From the human T2T-CHM13v2.0 reference genome, Homo sapiens, in NCBI RefSeq assembly GCF_009914755.1, contig NC_060927.1: a stretch of 64,000 bases of DNA; one strand, 5' to 3'. The notes below the pieces were generated by a model that saw only the letters and a program-made list of their open reading frames with translations, was not told the DNA's origin and searched no databases. A program made the translations under genes and the position numbers. Shown here piece after piece: positions 44,575-58,837 of the stretch. Numbering within the stretch: the first letter of the stretch is position 1; the number at the start of each line of letters is the position of its first letter.

Positions 44575-44942
44575 TGCTATGGTCTGAATGTTTATGTCCC
44601 CCCTACCCCCAGATTCACATGTTTAAACCTAATCCCCAGTGTGATAGTATTAAAAGGTGGGGCCTTCAAAGGTTAATTAGCTCATGAGAGTAGAGTCCTC
44701 ATGAATGGATTAGTGTCCTTATAAAAGAGGACCCAAAGAATTTGTTTGCCCCTTTCCACCCTGTAAAGACACAGTGAGAAGGCACCGAATATGAGGAATA
44801 GTCTCTCAGGAGACACTGCATCTGCTGGGCCCTTAATCTTGGACTTCCCAGCATTTAAAACTGTGGGAAATAAATGTTTGTCATATATAAACTACTCAGT
44901 TTTATGATAGTTTTGTTAAAGCTGTCTGAACAGACTAAGACA
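44575..44942 (+). mobile_element. MLT1A-type solo LTR
   Basis: tgctatggtctgaatgtttatgtcccc...cttggacttcccagc...gaacagactaagaca. Confidence 0.9.
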
Positions 44943-46388
44943 GCACGAATGATTGGATATCCATGTTCCCGAATTTTATAGTTCTACATAAGTTCTCCAC
45001 GTAACTCCTCCATTGAGGTGGTATTCATGGATTGCATCATTAATTCAATATCCTGCCATGGTGCAGTTCTATGCCGCTCACTCACCTCACAGTGCCAGTG
45101 AATCCGATAACAGGTCCAATCTGTAAATGCCACATGGTTCCTGTTTCCCCTCACTGCTTTATCTCAAGATATATAGAAACTGATTTGATATCATGAAGCT
45201 AGAATAGCAGATATCACAATCATCCTCATACATATAACGGGGGGAAGTAGGCGGGGAGAGAAAAGGTAAAACTCAGCTTTCATATCTGAGGTTTGAGGAA
45301 GGGATTCTTTTAAGTAGAAATGCCATCTGGAAATAAAATTTGTCATTTCTGTAAATAGTAAGGAAACACAGGTAAGAGATGAAAACCAAAAAACAGCTCC
45401 TGAGCCTTTCTGCTCCAGGGGATGGTGAAAGCTCAAAGAACGTCCCTCAGCAAAACTGCGCTTTATACCCTGCCCGCAGATTCACTTCTGCTTCAGGAAG
45501 AAAGCTTGGAACAAAAGGAGCCTGTGGCGGCCCAGAAGTTGGAGAGTCTGGGGTTATGCATGTGTGGCTTTATCTTTCCTCTTAAGTAGTTAGTTGTCTT
45601 TGGAAAGTAACAGAAAAAAAAAAAAACTGAAAACAATAAAGGGAAAACCACACTTGCCCTGTTTTCATGGTCATGTAGATGAAAACAACATTCTGCCTCC
45701 ACTCTCTTTGCTCTGATCAGAGGCCCGTGGAATAGAGAGTTCAGGAAAAAGAGAGAAAACAGCATGTCTCATGCCATGTCAAGGTGCAGGCCCATCAATT
45801 CAGCTGCCTGCAGACCTCTCCTCCCTGTGAAGAGCCTGCTGCTGAAACAACATTATTGCTGGCTGTGACTCCAAAGGCATTTTTTTTTTTTTTCCTGTAG
45901 TTGTGAGGTGCTGACCTCACTGCTGGAATTGAAAGATAAGAAAAATGTTTTAATCCTTATGTTAATTATTGAAATTAGAACTGCAAACAAATATTTTGGG
46001 AAACTTCAAGTTGCTTCCAAACGTGGCACTTTCCATTTGAAGCCCAAAGTGTAATTGTGTATTCAAAGGCTCAGATCTTCCCGAAGATTCATGCATTATG
46101 TATGCCATAACTTCCCCGGGACAGGGAGGATGTCACGCTCTGCATCCTGCTGAAATGGGGAAATAATTTCAGACACAATTTGACTTGAAAAGTATCAAAA
46201 ATTAAAAAAGAAAAGAAAAGGAAAACTTGGAACCCACTTTTTTGGGACTAGAATTTTTCACTAAATCACAGGCTCTTTTAGGGTTAAAAAAGTACAAAAT
46301 TAGGATGAATGTTGAAATAGCAAATTAACAACTACAGAAGTATATTCTTTTATGCAAAAAAAGTATTTCTAAAAGAGGTTGTTTTTAA

Positions 46389-46599
46389 CCAAGGTTGAGC
46401 ACGTTTGCTGTAAAGAGACAGATATTAATGTTTTCAGTTTTGTGCTGACATGATCACTGTCATAACTACTCAACTGTCTCACTGCAATTCAAAACAGTCA
46501 TCTGTAAACAAATGGGTGGGACTGCATTACTATTAAGCCTTATTTGCAAAGACAAGCAGTCAAAAAGATTTGGTCTCAGGCAGTAGTTTGACAACCCCC
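46389..46599 (+). mobile_element. MER58A
   Basis: ctgtaaagagacagatattaat...cataactactcaact...gtagtttgacaacccc. Confidence 0.75.
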
Positions 46600-49500
46600 A
46601 TATATCTACATGTTTACAGATTAATCAATATGTTTGCCAAGCAAGTTAAATACTTAAAAACTCACAATATTGACTACTTTTATAAGCTGATTATTACCCT
46701 TATTAATACTTGGCCTCTTTCATCAGTGAGATAAGTACAGATATCCCCACATCAACATCAGTTAAAAAGGGAGACACTGCCACTGCCAACTTGAAAGTGC
46801 TCCTGGGACAGGAAACAGATCAAGCATCCTGACTGCATTAGACTTAGCATGTCCATTGTCAGGTTTAATAAAATCCTTTCAATAGTTTTCAAAGTCAGGC
46901 CTCCAAACATTTTCTCTAACTTCTGCCTCAAAATCATATATTAATTTCAGCCACTGATACCTGAGGCAGTTTCATGGCAAAGGCTTTCTGCTGCTCCAGG
47001 GAAGGCCAGGATAAGGAATCTGAACATATGCCTGTAGCAACTCCACCAGAGTCTCTACTTGGAGATTCCTGTCAAACCAAATGAAAAGGGGCAGACTGTA
47101 ATAACATCCATTTAGATTCGATGTCTGATTCTCATTTAGTTGCCCTGATTTCTTTTAGTCTCTAGGCACATCTGCCAGTGCTTATTTTTTATGGCTGATA
47201 TATGGTAAAGGTTTGATTAAGTTACCTCTATACCTTGCAATACTTAAAATATACAGCATAGAGCAGACAAAGAACAGTTTAAGCGTTATCCACTCAAGGT
47301 CAAACAAAAATATTTTAGTCCATCCAGCCAAGCCAATGAGGTTGGCCAACTCACTGGTCTACTCACAGCACAGTCCCCGCTTCAGCTTTGGTGTATCTGG
47401 GAAGCCAAATGAACAGACTGCTCTCAAAACAAGTTCTATTTTTTTCGTGCCATAGTCCAGGTGTTTTGGCTGTATCAATACAGTCTGCCACTATAAACTG
47501 GAAAATTCAGAATAATTACAATTTTGCTGTGTTCAGAAGTTAGTGGAATTTTTTATTTAGGGGCATCCATTGTTGCTCATAAACATGCATTTATCTAATT
47601 GCCTTCACTCATCTCACTTAATGTGCTGTACTCTGAAGACATTTCTAATGTGACCTTGAAACAGGTAAGCTCTCTCTTGTGTGAGGAGTGCAAATTTAGA
47701 TAAATACAATTAATGGAAAATGTCTACGGGGAGAATTTTACCAATATATAACTGATCTGAAACTGTTGAACACTAAAATCACTGAGTCACAGGCAGCATT
47801 GATTTTCAAACCCTTGTTGAGAAAGCCAGATGGCATATAGGGAGAATCCTTTTAATAGCCATAGGTGGATGTGGTCTTAATAGTATAAGAGCATGTAGTA
47901 AATACTGTGGTTGTCTCCCCAGGAGCAATTCTTTCCCTTTTATGAGAAGTATGAAAATTTGGAGATGGAATCTGCTTTGTCTTACCCAATCAGGGCAATT
48001 TCATCTCTCTCACTCAGTGTCTTTGGTTGAAGTAACCTGCTCTATGCCAATGAGTACCTAGCATTCCCTTGAGACTTTGACACACACAGTCACAACCAGT
48101 GAGACATGAAGGTCTAGTTCTAGCAGCTATACAAAAATGAAGCTACTCACACTTCAGGAAAACCATGCCATGCCTTGAAGACGTAATCACATAAATCAAG
48201 TGAGCCCTAACACTAACGCTCTATCATCTGGTCATATGAGCTAAATAATCCCTTTATGGTTTTATAAGTATATATTTTAAAATTATGGAATATTTCAAAT
48301 GTACAAAAAAAGTAGAGTAGGTAGTAGGACAAACAGCCGAGTACCTTGCTTATATGATCACTTTTCCATATTGATATCAAATTCTTTTGATAAGATATTG
48401 TAGAATACCTTAACTCATAGTTCCACATTTAAGTGATTAGGGATAGAAATAGCCCTACTACAGAAGCATCATTGATGAATTCTAAGTACTTGAGGCAGGA
48501 TATCTCTACTTTTTTTTTTTTTTTAATCAAGCTCAGGTTAAGAAATATGCAGTAAGTATAACACCTTTGAAACTGAGAACATACTCAAAGTGATATAAAT
48601 CAGCATGGAATGTCGACCAGCCTGAGATTCTTATATCACAGTACGATTGTAAGAAATAGGAAAAGTAACAGAAATAGGACAAAATGTCTTCCATAGTCAT
48701 TCCTGGCCATGGATTTGCCAAAACTTAAATAAGGAAGCCATGGCAACTCCCACCATTGCCAACTTGTGGCACATTTGAATGAAGGCTTCTTTTCATATTG
48801 CCATTATATTATGTGTATAGCATTCCAGCATAAAGACGTATGCTAAAGAGAGCTAATTGAATTAGAGAGAACCAATGGGCCTGGGAGGCCATCATCCTGC
48901 AGCCCAGATGAAGATGTCCAGGCCAGCAGCTAGCTGTGCCTCCCCAAGGGCTCCTTATAGAAGTTCTTTTTCTGTTAGCATGGTCCCTGTTACATCTGCT
49001 GCCACAGATCTGAGATTGTTTTGCCAACAGCTCTTTGACCTAAGAAAGACCTAACTTCAAGTCAAACTGAACTGTTAGCTCAGTTACAAGTGGTCTCAGC
49101 TGTTTCAGAATTTCTGGAGCTTAATAAAGGCAGACTAATGTCATCCTACATCCCACTCCACTTGATTTAGTCTGAAAAGTCCACTTACCCCTCCTTTTCT
49201 GACTTTATCTCACTTTGTGTACAAATATGTGAAAATATATGCAAATACTATGCTTGTAAAGAGGGATAGATATTTGAAAATACACACATAAATATTTATA
49301 AAGTCCACTATCCTCAAAATCCTAGAGGCCAGTAGCATAAAATCATGTTGGTAAAACATATTAGAGTTCATATCCAAGCAAAATAATTTACTGATATTGA
49401 ACTAGAAGTTTCATTAAAAAGAGCTAAAACAATATACTGATAGCTTCATTTCTTTTATTTCTTGATTTCATCATTTGTCTCATTCGTTTAAATTTTATCA

Positions 49501-50091
49501 AATTAGATATCCAAAATTGTTGACATTCTTTTAAAAATAAGTGTAAGCATTTCATTATAACTTGTAATATATTTTCTCTTTTTCTGAGCCACTGTAGGCA
49601 GTCATTATTTGTTGACTGCATGGAAAGATGAATAATTAACAAATGTCAAAATGCTCATATCGAAAGTTTGTCTTCATTCTTTGAGCAACCTTATTGACTA
49701 TGAGAAATAGAAATAGAATGTAAATTTAATACACACAGAATGGTCATCAAAGGAAAGGTTTTAAACCTATGTTTCCCAGGGCTAGCTAGTAGTTAACCTA
49801 ATTGCACTTAAGGGTTGGGGAAATTTAATAATGAGAGAGAAGATAAGAAACTATGGAAGGTCTACTGAATAGTGGAAGAAAGTTATTCTGCAGTGATATA
49901 ATTTCGAAAAGAACAAGAACTTGCAAAGAAAGACAGTTGAATTATGTCAGTACGATTGATACAGAAAAGCTGGAATTTTAAGGCAGGACTCATGTTGCCA
50001 GTAAAGAAAGAAAACTAACTCTATTAGTGTATCTGTGCATGCAGAGGGAAGTGGCCAATGCCAACCCAGGCCTCTAAAAAATATGAACATA

Positions 50092-50245
50092 ATGAGTTTT
50101 TCAAACATTAATGCGCACATGAATCACCAGGAATCTTGTTCAAAATGCAGATTCTGATTCAGCAAATCTGGGGAAGATGCTACATTTCCAACAAGCTTTC
50201 AGATGATACTCATGATGCCGGTTCATGGATTATACGTTGTGTAAC
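50092..50245. mobile_element. MER5-family MITE
   Basis: gaatcaccaggaatcttgttcaaaatgcagattctgattcagcaaatctggg. Confidence 0.75.
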
Positions 50246-51259
50246 CAAAAAAGTAGTTTCCTCACAATAAAGGAAGATCCAGGTAAGGAGTGTGCCTCTA
50301 CCGATGAATATAGTTGTGTGTTCAGTTTGTTTTTGTGTGTACATGCATACACAAAGGGTTCATTTTACAGTTGAATTCTCAACCAGTTCTTTTGTTGCCA
50401 TTTTAAAACCCTGAGTTCACTACCTGAGATATTTTAAAGAAAAGGCATGTGACATTTGATCCTTATCATGAAGTTCATGAAGTCTGATAGCTTAACCAGG
50501 TAAGCAACCTTTTCATATCAACCCCATTTACGGTAAAAAGGGAATGCAGCGGATGCAAAGTCTTAGGAAAATTACAAATTCTCTGAGTACCAACTACATA
50601 CTCTATGAATTGTGACTATTTGCCTTGCCTCTCTTGAATCCTTGTTCCTCTAATTCTAGCAGTGTAACTGGAAAAGTTCCTTAATCACTATGAACCTCAG
50701 TTTCTCTTTTAAATTATGGACAGAATGCACACTTTTGAGAATTAAACTGGCTAACATACATCAAACATACCTCACAATCTTTGGCACAGTATGGGTTTTG
50801 ACTAAATGACAGTGTTTTAAATACTAATAAAATAATCAAATATGATCATTTTCTCAGGGACTAGACAAGTTTCTACTATTGTTATAACTCTAAAGTGAGT
50901 CTTTTTGCTATGGGTTTGCCTGAAGATAACTACAAAGCTCTCCATTCCAATATTTATTCTTATCTGTCACCTTGTTTAATTCTATTCATTGTCTCTTCTT
51001 ACTAAGAGGTTTACTATTCAAGCCTAAAAATGTCCTTATAAAATATCATTCTTTATTATTCCAATAACTCAGAAATGTAGGTCAAGTAAATACAAGTGGT
51101 GTGTGAAATGAGGCCTTGAGAGTTTATAGTGCTACTTACCAAATAGTCAAACATCGTTAGTGTGATCATAATGGCCTGGAGCAGCCAACCTACGTTTGGA
51201 ACAATGCTTTTTTTTTTTTTTCTTCCACTTTGCAGCAATTACTCTGTGGGGTACAGGGA

Positions 51260-51292
<33 letters not shown>

Positions 51293-51631
51293 GAGAGGAG
51301 GAGCCTACCACTTGCCGTATCTACTTTCATGTGGTATAATTTGGTTGTTTTTCTTCTGGTCATTATTGTAAGATAAGGCTATAATAGAACTACAAGTAAT
51401 TAGAGTATTTGCTATGCATTATGGGCTTCCGGATCCCTTAAGAAATATAATGAATCTGCTATACACACTTACAAATAGATGGAATCAATACACAGTGGAA
51501 CCTCAAAACTCATTTCATGCTAGTTTTGTTTAGAATTTGTGACTTATTGGATACAGGTCTGACTGAAGTTTGCTTTTGCATCATTCGTGAAAGAAAAAAT
51601 CCTTGTTCAGCAATTTAACAAAGTCACTTAC

Positions 51632-51767
51632 CTTCCTTAAAAACCATATTATTATTAAGGCATTTTGAATGGGTCCAGGGGGATAGAGTATGTTTATCAC
51701 CAACACTGCTATCAGTTTGCTCCAGCAGAACTTGCAGATCTTCCTTAACTATATTGTCAATGTGCAT
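51632..51767 (-). other. Candidate ATG-containing exon (MHIDNIVKEDLQVLLEQTDSSVGDKHTLSPWTHSKCLNNNMVFKE + phase-1 donor)
   Basis: agaATG with in-frame TAA four codons upstream, 45 open codons, consensus donor AAG/gtaagt; peptide not recognised. Confidence 0.3.
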
Positions 51768-52372
51768 TCTTGAATATTACAAAATAAATTTCAAAGCGTC
51801 ATACATTGTATCTTTATCAAGAACTTGCTTTGGGAGAGCAGAGAGCTGAACACTGCTGGGTAATCTGTTAAATTAGGTGATCTTATAGTTTGAGGAACTT
51901 AGTTTATGGAAGAACTTGAGCTTTCATTTACACAAACAGAATTTTGTTCCCATTAAAATTATTTTGTGAAATACCAATATACCTGAAATTCAAGCACCAG
52001 TAATTGATCTAGTTACTATATTCAAATGTACTCTTTACTACTTCAATACAACCAAAAGATTAAATGCAATATAAATATTGTATTTGCAGCTTAAAGCTAT
52101 CACTTATCCTGTTTGGGTTGACAGATGCTGTGATAATGCGAAGGACACTCATGAAATTTACATTATTGTGTTTGTAGTGACTGAACATTATCTTAGGAAA
52201 TACTAGATTATATTATCATTTAATATTATGAATATTAATATTACATTCATGTGTATCTATTTATAACATTAGTATGTGTATGTACAAATATACATATATA
52301 CACTGTTAATTTAACAGGTTGTAAACATATGTAGAAAAATAGTTTTATTTTGATTTTATAAATCTGGTATTA

Positions 52373-52694
<322 letters not shown>

Positions 52695-52721
52695 TTATGA
52701 GGGCACTGCTATTGATCTACG

Positions 52722-52899
52722 GATATTGTTCTCAAACTGGTTTGCATCATACTCAACTGGAGCAAGGGCTCATTAAAGGTTTCGGGACCTCAGTTTCTGA
52801 TTCAGTAGGTATGGGGTGGAACCCAAGACATCTGCATTTTCAACAAGTCCCAGGTAATGCTGATGCTGCTGGTCCTACCACCACACTTGAGATCCACTG
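52722..52899. mobile_element. MER5A
   Basis: gtttctgattcagtaggtatggggtgg...aacaagtcccaggtaatgctgatgctgctggtcc. Confidence 0.85.
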
Positions 52900-53094
52900 C
52901 TATAGAGTAACTTGTTTTGGCATAAATAGTAGCTAGATGTTATTTTGCCTCTTTTCCCTCCATTTTAGCAAATATTTACAGAATTTAATGCCGTGCTTTT
53001 ATCAATATATTCTTTAAATCAATAATTAGAATCATCAGGTAGTGATTAAAATACAAAGGCCTGCCTAGGGCCCACATCTTTGGGCTTAAGATAG

Positions 53095-53646
53095 GTCCAA
53101 AAATTTCTTATCAGTGCCTATTAGAATGAAATGAGGAGACTTAAAAAATACCAAGGCCAGGCTGCACCCAATACCAATTATCTTAGTCGATTTGTGCTAC
53201 ATAACAGAACACCTGACACTTGGTCACTTATAAAGAAAACTACCTTGAGGTTGGAGAGAAGTCTGGAGGCTGAAAAGTCCAAGACACTGAGATACGGTGT
53301 CTAGTGAGGGCCTTGCTGCATCATTACATGTTAGAAGGGAGGGGGGCAAAATGGAGATAAACACTGTGTCCTCACATCACAGAGAGCAGAAGAGAGTGCA
53401 CCCACTCCCACAATCCCTTTTATAGTGGCATTAATCCATTATTGAGGTCAAGAAGCCTCATGACCTAATCATCTCCCATTAGGCCTCGTCTCCTGACACT
53501 GTTGCATTGGAAATTGATTTTTTAACACATGAATTTGGAGGGATACATTCAGACCTTAGCACCCATTAAATCAAAATCTCCAGAGGTGGGACTCAGGCCT
53601 CACCTCTCCAGGTGATTCCATTGTGCAGCCAAGGCTGAGAACTAAT
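53095..53646. mobile_element. MER5A1-like MITE split by an MST LTR
   Basis: ...ccaattaaatcaaaatctccagaggtgggactcaggc...ccaggtgattccattgtgcagccaaggctgagaac. Confidence 0.7.
53179..53561 (-). mobile_element. MST-family solo LTR (MaLR)
   Basis: tcttagtcgatttgtgctacataacagaacacctg...acattcagaccttagca; 5-bp TSD ccaat/cccat. Confidence 0.85.
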
Positions 53647-54008
53647 CAGTAGATTTGGGAACTGCTACTTTAGGAGTCTGTATTTCAAAGCAGGTTCTCC
53701 TGCTCTCTACCTGTGAGGAGTGCAGTAATCATGAAAATCATCTGTCTCTGTCAAGATTGCGTCTTGATTTACTCTATTTGCATCTTGTATTTACTCTATT
53801 TATGTTTACATTTCTAGTTTTTAACTGTTTATAAATGTTGCCCTGGGAATACATACATTTTGATGACTACTTTTAAATGATTTGCCATTTTATTAGCTTA
53901 TATTAATGCCTTTCAATGTCTCAATGCCAAGAGGCAATATGTTTTAGTAGGAAAAGTAAAAAAAAAAAACCTCAACCAGTCTTTTTAGTCAGTTTTGAGA
54001 CCTTAAGC

Positions 54009-54190
54009 CAGAGCTGTCCAACAAAGCATTCTAAGATGATAGAAATGTTCTCTATCTAGTCACATGTAACTCTTGAACACTTAAAATGTGGCTGGTGCAC
54101 CTCAGAAACTGAACTTTATATTTTGTTTACTTCTAATTTAAATTTACACAACCACATATGGGTAGTGGCCACTATATTGACCAGTACAGC
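54009..54190. mobile_element. MER3 (hAT-Charlie)
   Basis: gctgtccaac...gatgatagaaatgttct...gaacacttaaaatgtggctg...gtggccactatattgaccagtacag. Confidence 0.85.
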
Positions 54191-54341
54191 CTTAAACAAG
54201 AAACTGAACCTAGCACAAAACTGGCCTGCAATAGTAACAGTAACTAAAATATATGCATATATGTATGTATGTGAAGATTTACTATTTGCTAGGTTCTGTG
54301 TTAAGAAATGTACAAGCATTTTTTCATTTCACTATCATGAG

Positions 54342-54554
54342 CAGCAGTTGGCAAACATTTTCTGTAGAGTCAGAGAGTATTTTAAGCTCGTGCACGATGC
54401 AGTCTCTGTTGCAATTTTTCAACTCACTTATTGCACTGAAAGCATCCATAGACAATCCATATACAAATGGCTATGGCTGTGTACTAATAAACATATATTT
54501 ACAAAAGAGGCAACAGGAAAAATTTTGCCTATGGGCCATATTTAAAGACCCCTG
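54342..54554 (+). mobile_element. MER58A
   Basis: gttggcaaacattttctgtagagtcag...tatggctgtgtactaataaac. Confidence 0.8.
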
Positions 54555-57029
54555 CTCATGATAATTCTATGATTTTATGAATGAGAAAATAATAGGGGAA
54601 TGTGAGTATATAGCTACTCTAAGCAAGGGTCTCACTGCTACTACAAGCACTTGCTTTAACATTCCCCTTTCCACTTCTGGTTAACATTTTATTTGAACCA
54701 AAGCAGGCATCTTCTTCACATGAATCATCCTTAATAAGAAATTCCTTCCTTCCATTTTCTTCCTCGTCATCTATTCAGAGACAAATGTTTTTGTACTATT
54801 ACCATATCTACCAGTTTAATGTGCTGGTCAGCTGAGACATTGTGGGACAATTCTTGGTTCCAACCATTGGACACAGTGGAGAGTTATTACACAGCAATTA
54901 AACATGTAAAGCGTATTAGTTCACATATGTAAATTAGATAGAAAGTAAAAACTATTTTCCAGCATCTAAATAGGTTAGAAGATAATATGTTTGTACCTGA
55001 ACAGAGCACAGTATTTTCAATTACAATAATACTTTCTTTGACTGAATTCTTATTGCATTGTGGACATGTTATCCATCTGTTACATGGACACTCGAGGCAA
55101 ATTGTGCCTTCCTGAATTAGACCCTATTTTCAGAGGTGAAATTTTATGCTCTCTCATATTCTACAGATTGCCTAAAACACAGAACATTATAATGCTGCAA
55201 CATCAGCTGGCAGGAATTACGGAAAAAACAACATTCATTTTGTTTCTGTTTCACTGGGAGTTTATTTTTTAAACTTACAGCGTCGGTTTTCCCTTCTACA
55301 AAAGTTGTATGCTGCATAACAATGTTTCGAGGGACCAAGAAACAACGTTATACAAACTCATTAGCACGTAGATTAAGCCAATAGAAAGAGATCATTTTAT
55401 CATTTCATTTAAAAACTATCTTCCATGGCTAATGTGTTGGTATATTTTGACAGGGCAGAGATACAATGTCAAATAGCATAACATTGGGATGGGACCGAAA
55501 ATCCTCTTCAGAGGCGGACATAGGTATTCCAATAGAGTTATCAAAATAAGTTTTTGTAGCAGTATATGTATTAACTAATGTCCCACACCAAACTTCAAAT
55601 GTAATATCTTACAACATGTGATCCCCACCGCTCATCAGCACATCTTTCCTAAAGTGGGAATATATATTGCATTTAGAGAGTAACGTTGATACTGTCAGGC
55701 TTCAATAAATGCTGCTGAGAGCAGAAGGTCAGTAAAGCCCACTAAGTTGAACAGGCACCATTAAACTATTTCTGAGGGATCAATAATGAAAAATTGACAA
55801 GCTAAATACAGGCTTAAAATGTATTACATGTTCTAAGTGATGCAGTTAGAGGAACTCTAAGAGAAAAAATAGCGTAACACAGTTAGCTTTTACTGCAACA
55901 TAAGATGAAAAATAAAATATTTTATGAACTGTAGTAATTAGTTAATGCCACCTATTTGGAGTACAGATTAGAATCTTATACTATAAGACAGAAAATTAAG
56001 CCTGGAGCCAATCTAAGATAGCATTTAAGTAAGCTTCTTGCAAAAGTGGTATTAGAAGTAGTTCAATAAAGTAGGTGTGGTTCTCTTAAACATAGAATTG
56101 CAAATTAACAATAGGGCATTCTTTTAACTTAAAACTGGTAAGATTAAAATTGATTAAAGAAGGTTTTTTAAGTAGATAAAACTCATAAAAAGATATATTT
56201 TTATATCCCACTGTGGATTTTTTTTTAAAAAACAACTTTCTCAAATCTGCAAAATCCTCATTCTCATTGTTAAATTTGAACAGTAATTCCAAAAATATAC
56301 ACTAATATATACACTAAAAATGTATAACTGCAGATTTAAGGAAAAAATTGTATATAAATGCTTCAGGAATTATTTTTCCCACACAGAATGTCTATGTTCT
56401 TCCTGACCAATATCATAATTGTCAACAAGCATGGCTTGACTGTTTTAACCTGTTTTGATCAGCTATAATTTAAAACATCCAGGCATTCAAGGCAGGGAAT
56501 ACAGAGATTGAGCAGTTGTTCCCCAACATGTCTTTTTATTTAGATGTTAGCCCTAAGGTAAAGGGCAGGCCCTAGCTGTGGTTTCACCATACTAACAGTA
56601 AGATGTGATTCCAGACATGGATGCTCTTCTACCCAGTGTGGCTCATTTGAATTATCCGTGAACAAATCAATCCTTGCGGCTACTTATCTTCAACATGTAC
56701 GTAAACGTGATTCATGTAAGAAGCAGTAGTATTACAATGTATCTGATCTCTGATTTTAAAATACAAGCTGAGATTCATATTTATGATCAATAAATGTCTT
56801 ACTGTATGGTATCTTAATTTCTATGGCCCAATCAGCCACGCAAACCTTGTATTCAAATGGCCAACTGTTATCAATCTTTGGTATGCATGATAATTTTATA
56901 AACACTTTTATAGATAGGTAGATAGGCGTGCGTGTGTGCGTGTATATGTATGTACACCCCATTTCTGCTCTGTGAACTGGCTGTTAGCATGTTCTAGCAT
57001 ACCACTGCTCTGAGTGATTCTGATGTCTG

Positions 57030-57775
57030 CTCTTTCTTTTGCAATTTTTACATTCAGAATCTGATCAGATCTCATTTATCCATCACTACCATTCTTATCC
57101 AAGCCACAGCTCTCAACTCCAGACATGTCTTCCTAGTTGCACTCTTGCTCTCCTTATTTGAAGAGTAGTCAGAAGTAGATTTTTCAGATGTAAAATGAAT
57201 CATGCCACTTATCTGCTAAAAACTAATAGCTTGTTCTTACAAGCAGAATAACTGCTGCTATCAGGACCTCAAGTTATCTGCCTGAAGACTCTCCCCAACT
57301 CTGTGACCTCATCTCTCAGTACAACTCTCTTGCTTGCTTTATTCTGGCAGTATCGGGTCATCTCTAGTCTTTGAGTCACCAGACATGCTGTTGTACCAGG
57401 TCCTGTGCACACAGTGCTCCCTCTACCTAGAACATTCTTCCCCACTGTATTTCCCTCACTTTCTCCAGAGATCTGCTCCAATGTCACATTGTCAAAATGA
57501 TGATCTTTAACCTTGCACTCTCATCACACAGCAATCCATGCAGACACTCCTATCATTTAGACCTTGCTTAATTCTTTACTATAGCACTTGCAACTACCCG
57601 AAATATTAATACTATTGAAAATTTAAAATTATGTTTATTGTCTGGTCAGTCCACTAAAGTGTAAACTTCTTGAAGGCAGTAACTTTGTTATATTAATTGC
57701 TCCATTTCCATGGTTTTGAAAAGTGACTGGCATATAGTAGGTACTCAATAAATAACTGTTGAACAAATCAATGTA
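57030..57775 (+). mobile_element. L2 3' part
   Basis: ctggcatatagtaggtactcaataaataactgttgaa tail; cctagaacattcttcccc. Confidence 0.85.
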
Positions 57776-57936
57776 TAAAGGAATGATTATCATGATTTAG
57801 TAATTTTGTCAATGGTTACACCTTCTATTCTATCTATGCCTCTTTGTGAGAGATTTAATTTGATTAAGATAGCATCCTGAACCAAGTGTTTTCTTTAAGA
57901 AAACTGAACTTAGGAACAGTTTTAAAAATTACTCCA

Positions 57937-58229
<293 letters not shown>

Positions 58230-58837
58230 TCATTTTATTTAATAATTTTTAAAAAAAGATTTTCTTGTTTAATAAATATACGTATTTTAAAATATGGTTT
58301 ATATTTTATATCATCCTATTTAAGGTGTTCATTTGTAGAAGTCTTTGTACTTCATATTAGAACAGATCATTTATAAGTTAAAAACACACAAATTACACAC
58401 AAAAACAGAACAGAAATTTATTGATGCTCGAGTAATATATGTGGCGACAACTGCCTTTAGCAGTACAGACTTAGTAAGGTTTGTTTCCATTTGAGCATGT
58501 TTGAAGTTGCATTTTCTCATAGTGCATGCTACATTATGTTGTAAAGACTTTGAGGTCAAGAACCATCTTTTCTATTATTCTTATATTCCTAGCACTATGC
58601 ATAACTGGAACTCCATATACACACTTTTTGAAAAATGAAAATCTATTGAATTGAAGATACTGAAGGCATTTTGGATAAGCAAATGAAAACATATTGTTGG
58701 TCTTATGTAATAACAACACATTCCTGGTGACAGGAGTTTTAAAATTACAGCCCTTAATCTAGAAGTCTTTGAATTAGATAAGTTTTATATCACTCTTGTA
58801 CACTTCAATGGTTACCATTAGGTCAGTGAAGTCTTAC

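Noticed and set aside
50371-50499. Plus-strand exon (ttttacag ... CAG/gtaagc) as a coding exon
   Set aside because: Stops in all three frames; a non-coding exon cannot be excluded but has no other support
54123-54545. 140-aa ORF, the longest non-L1 ORF
   Set aside because: Non-ATG start, runs through MER3 and MER58A, no domain recognisable
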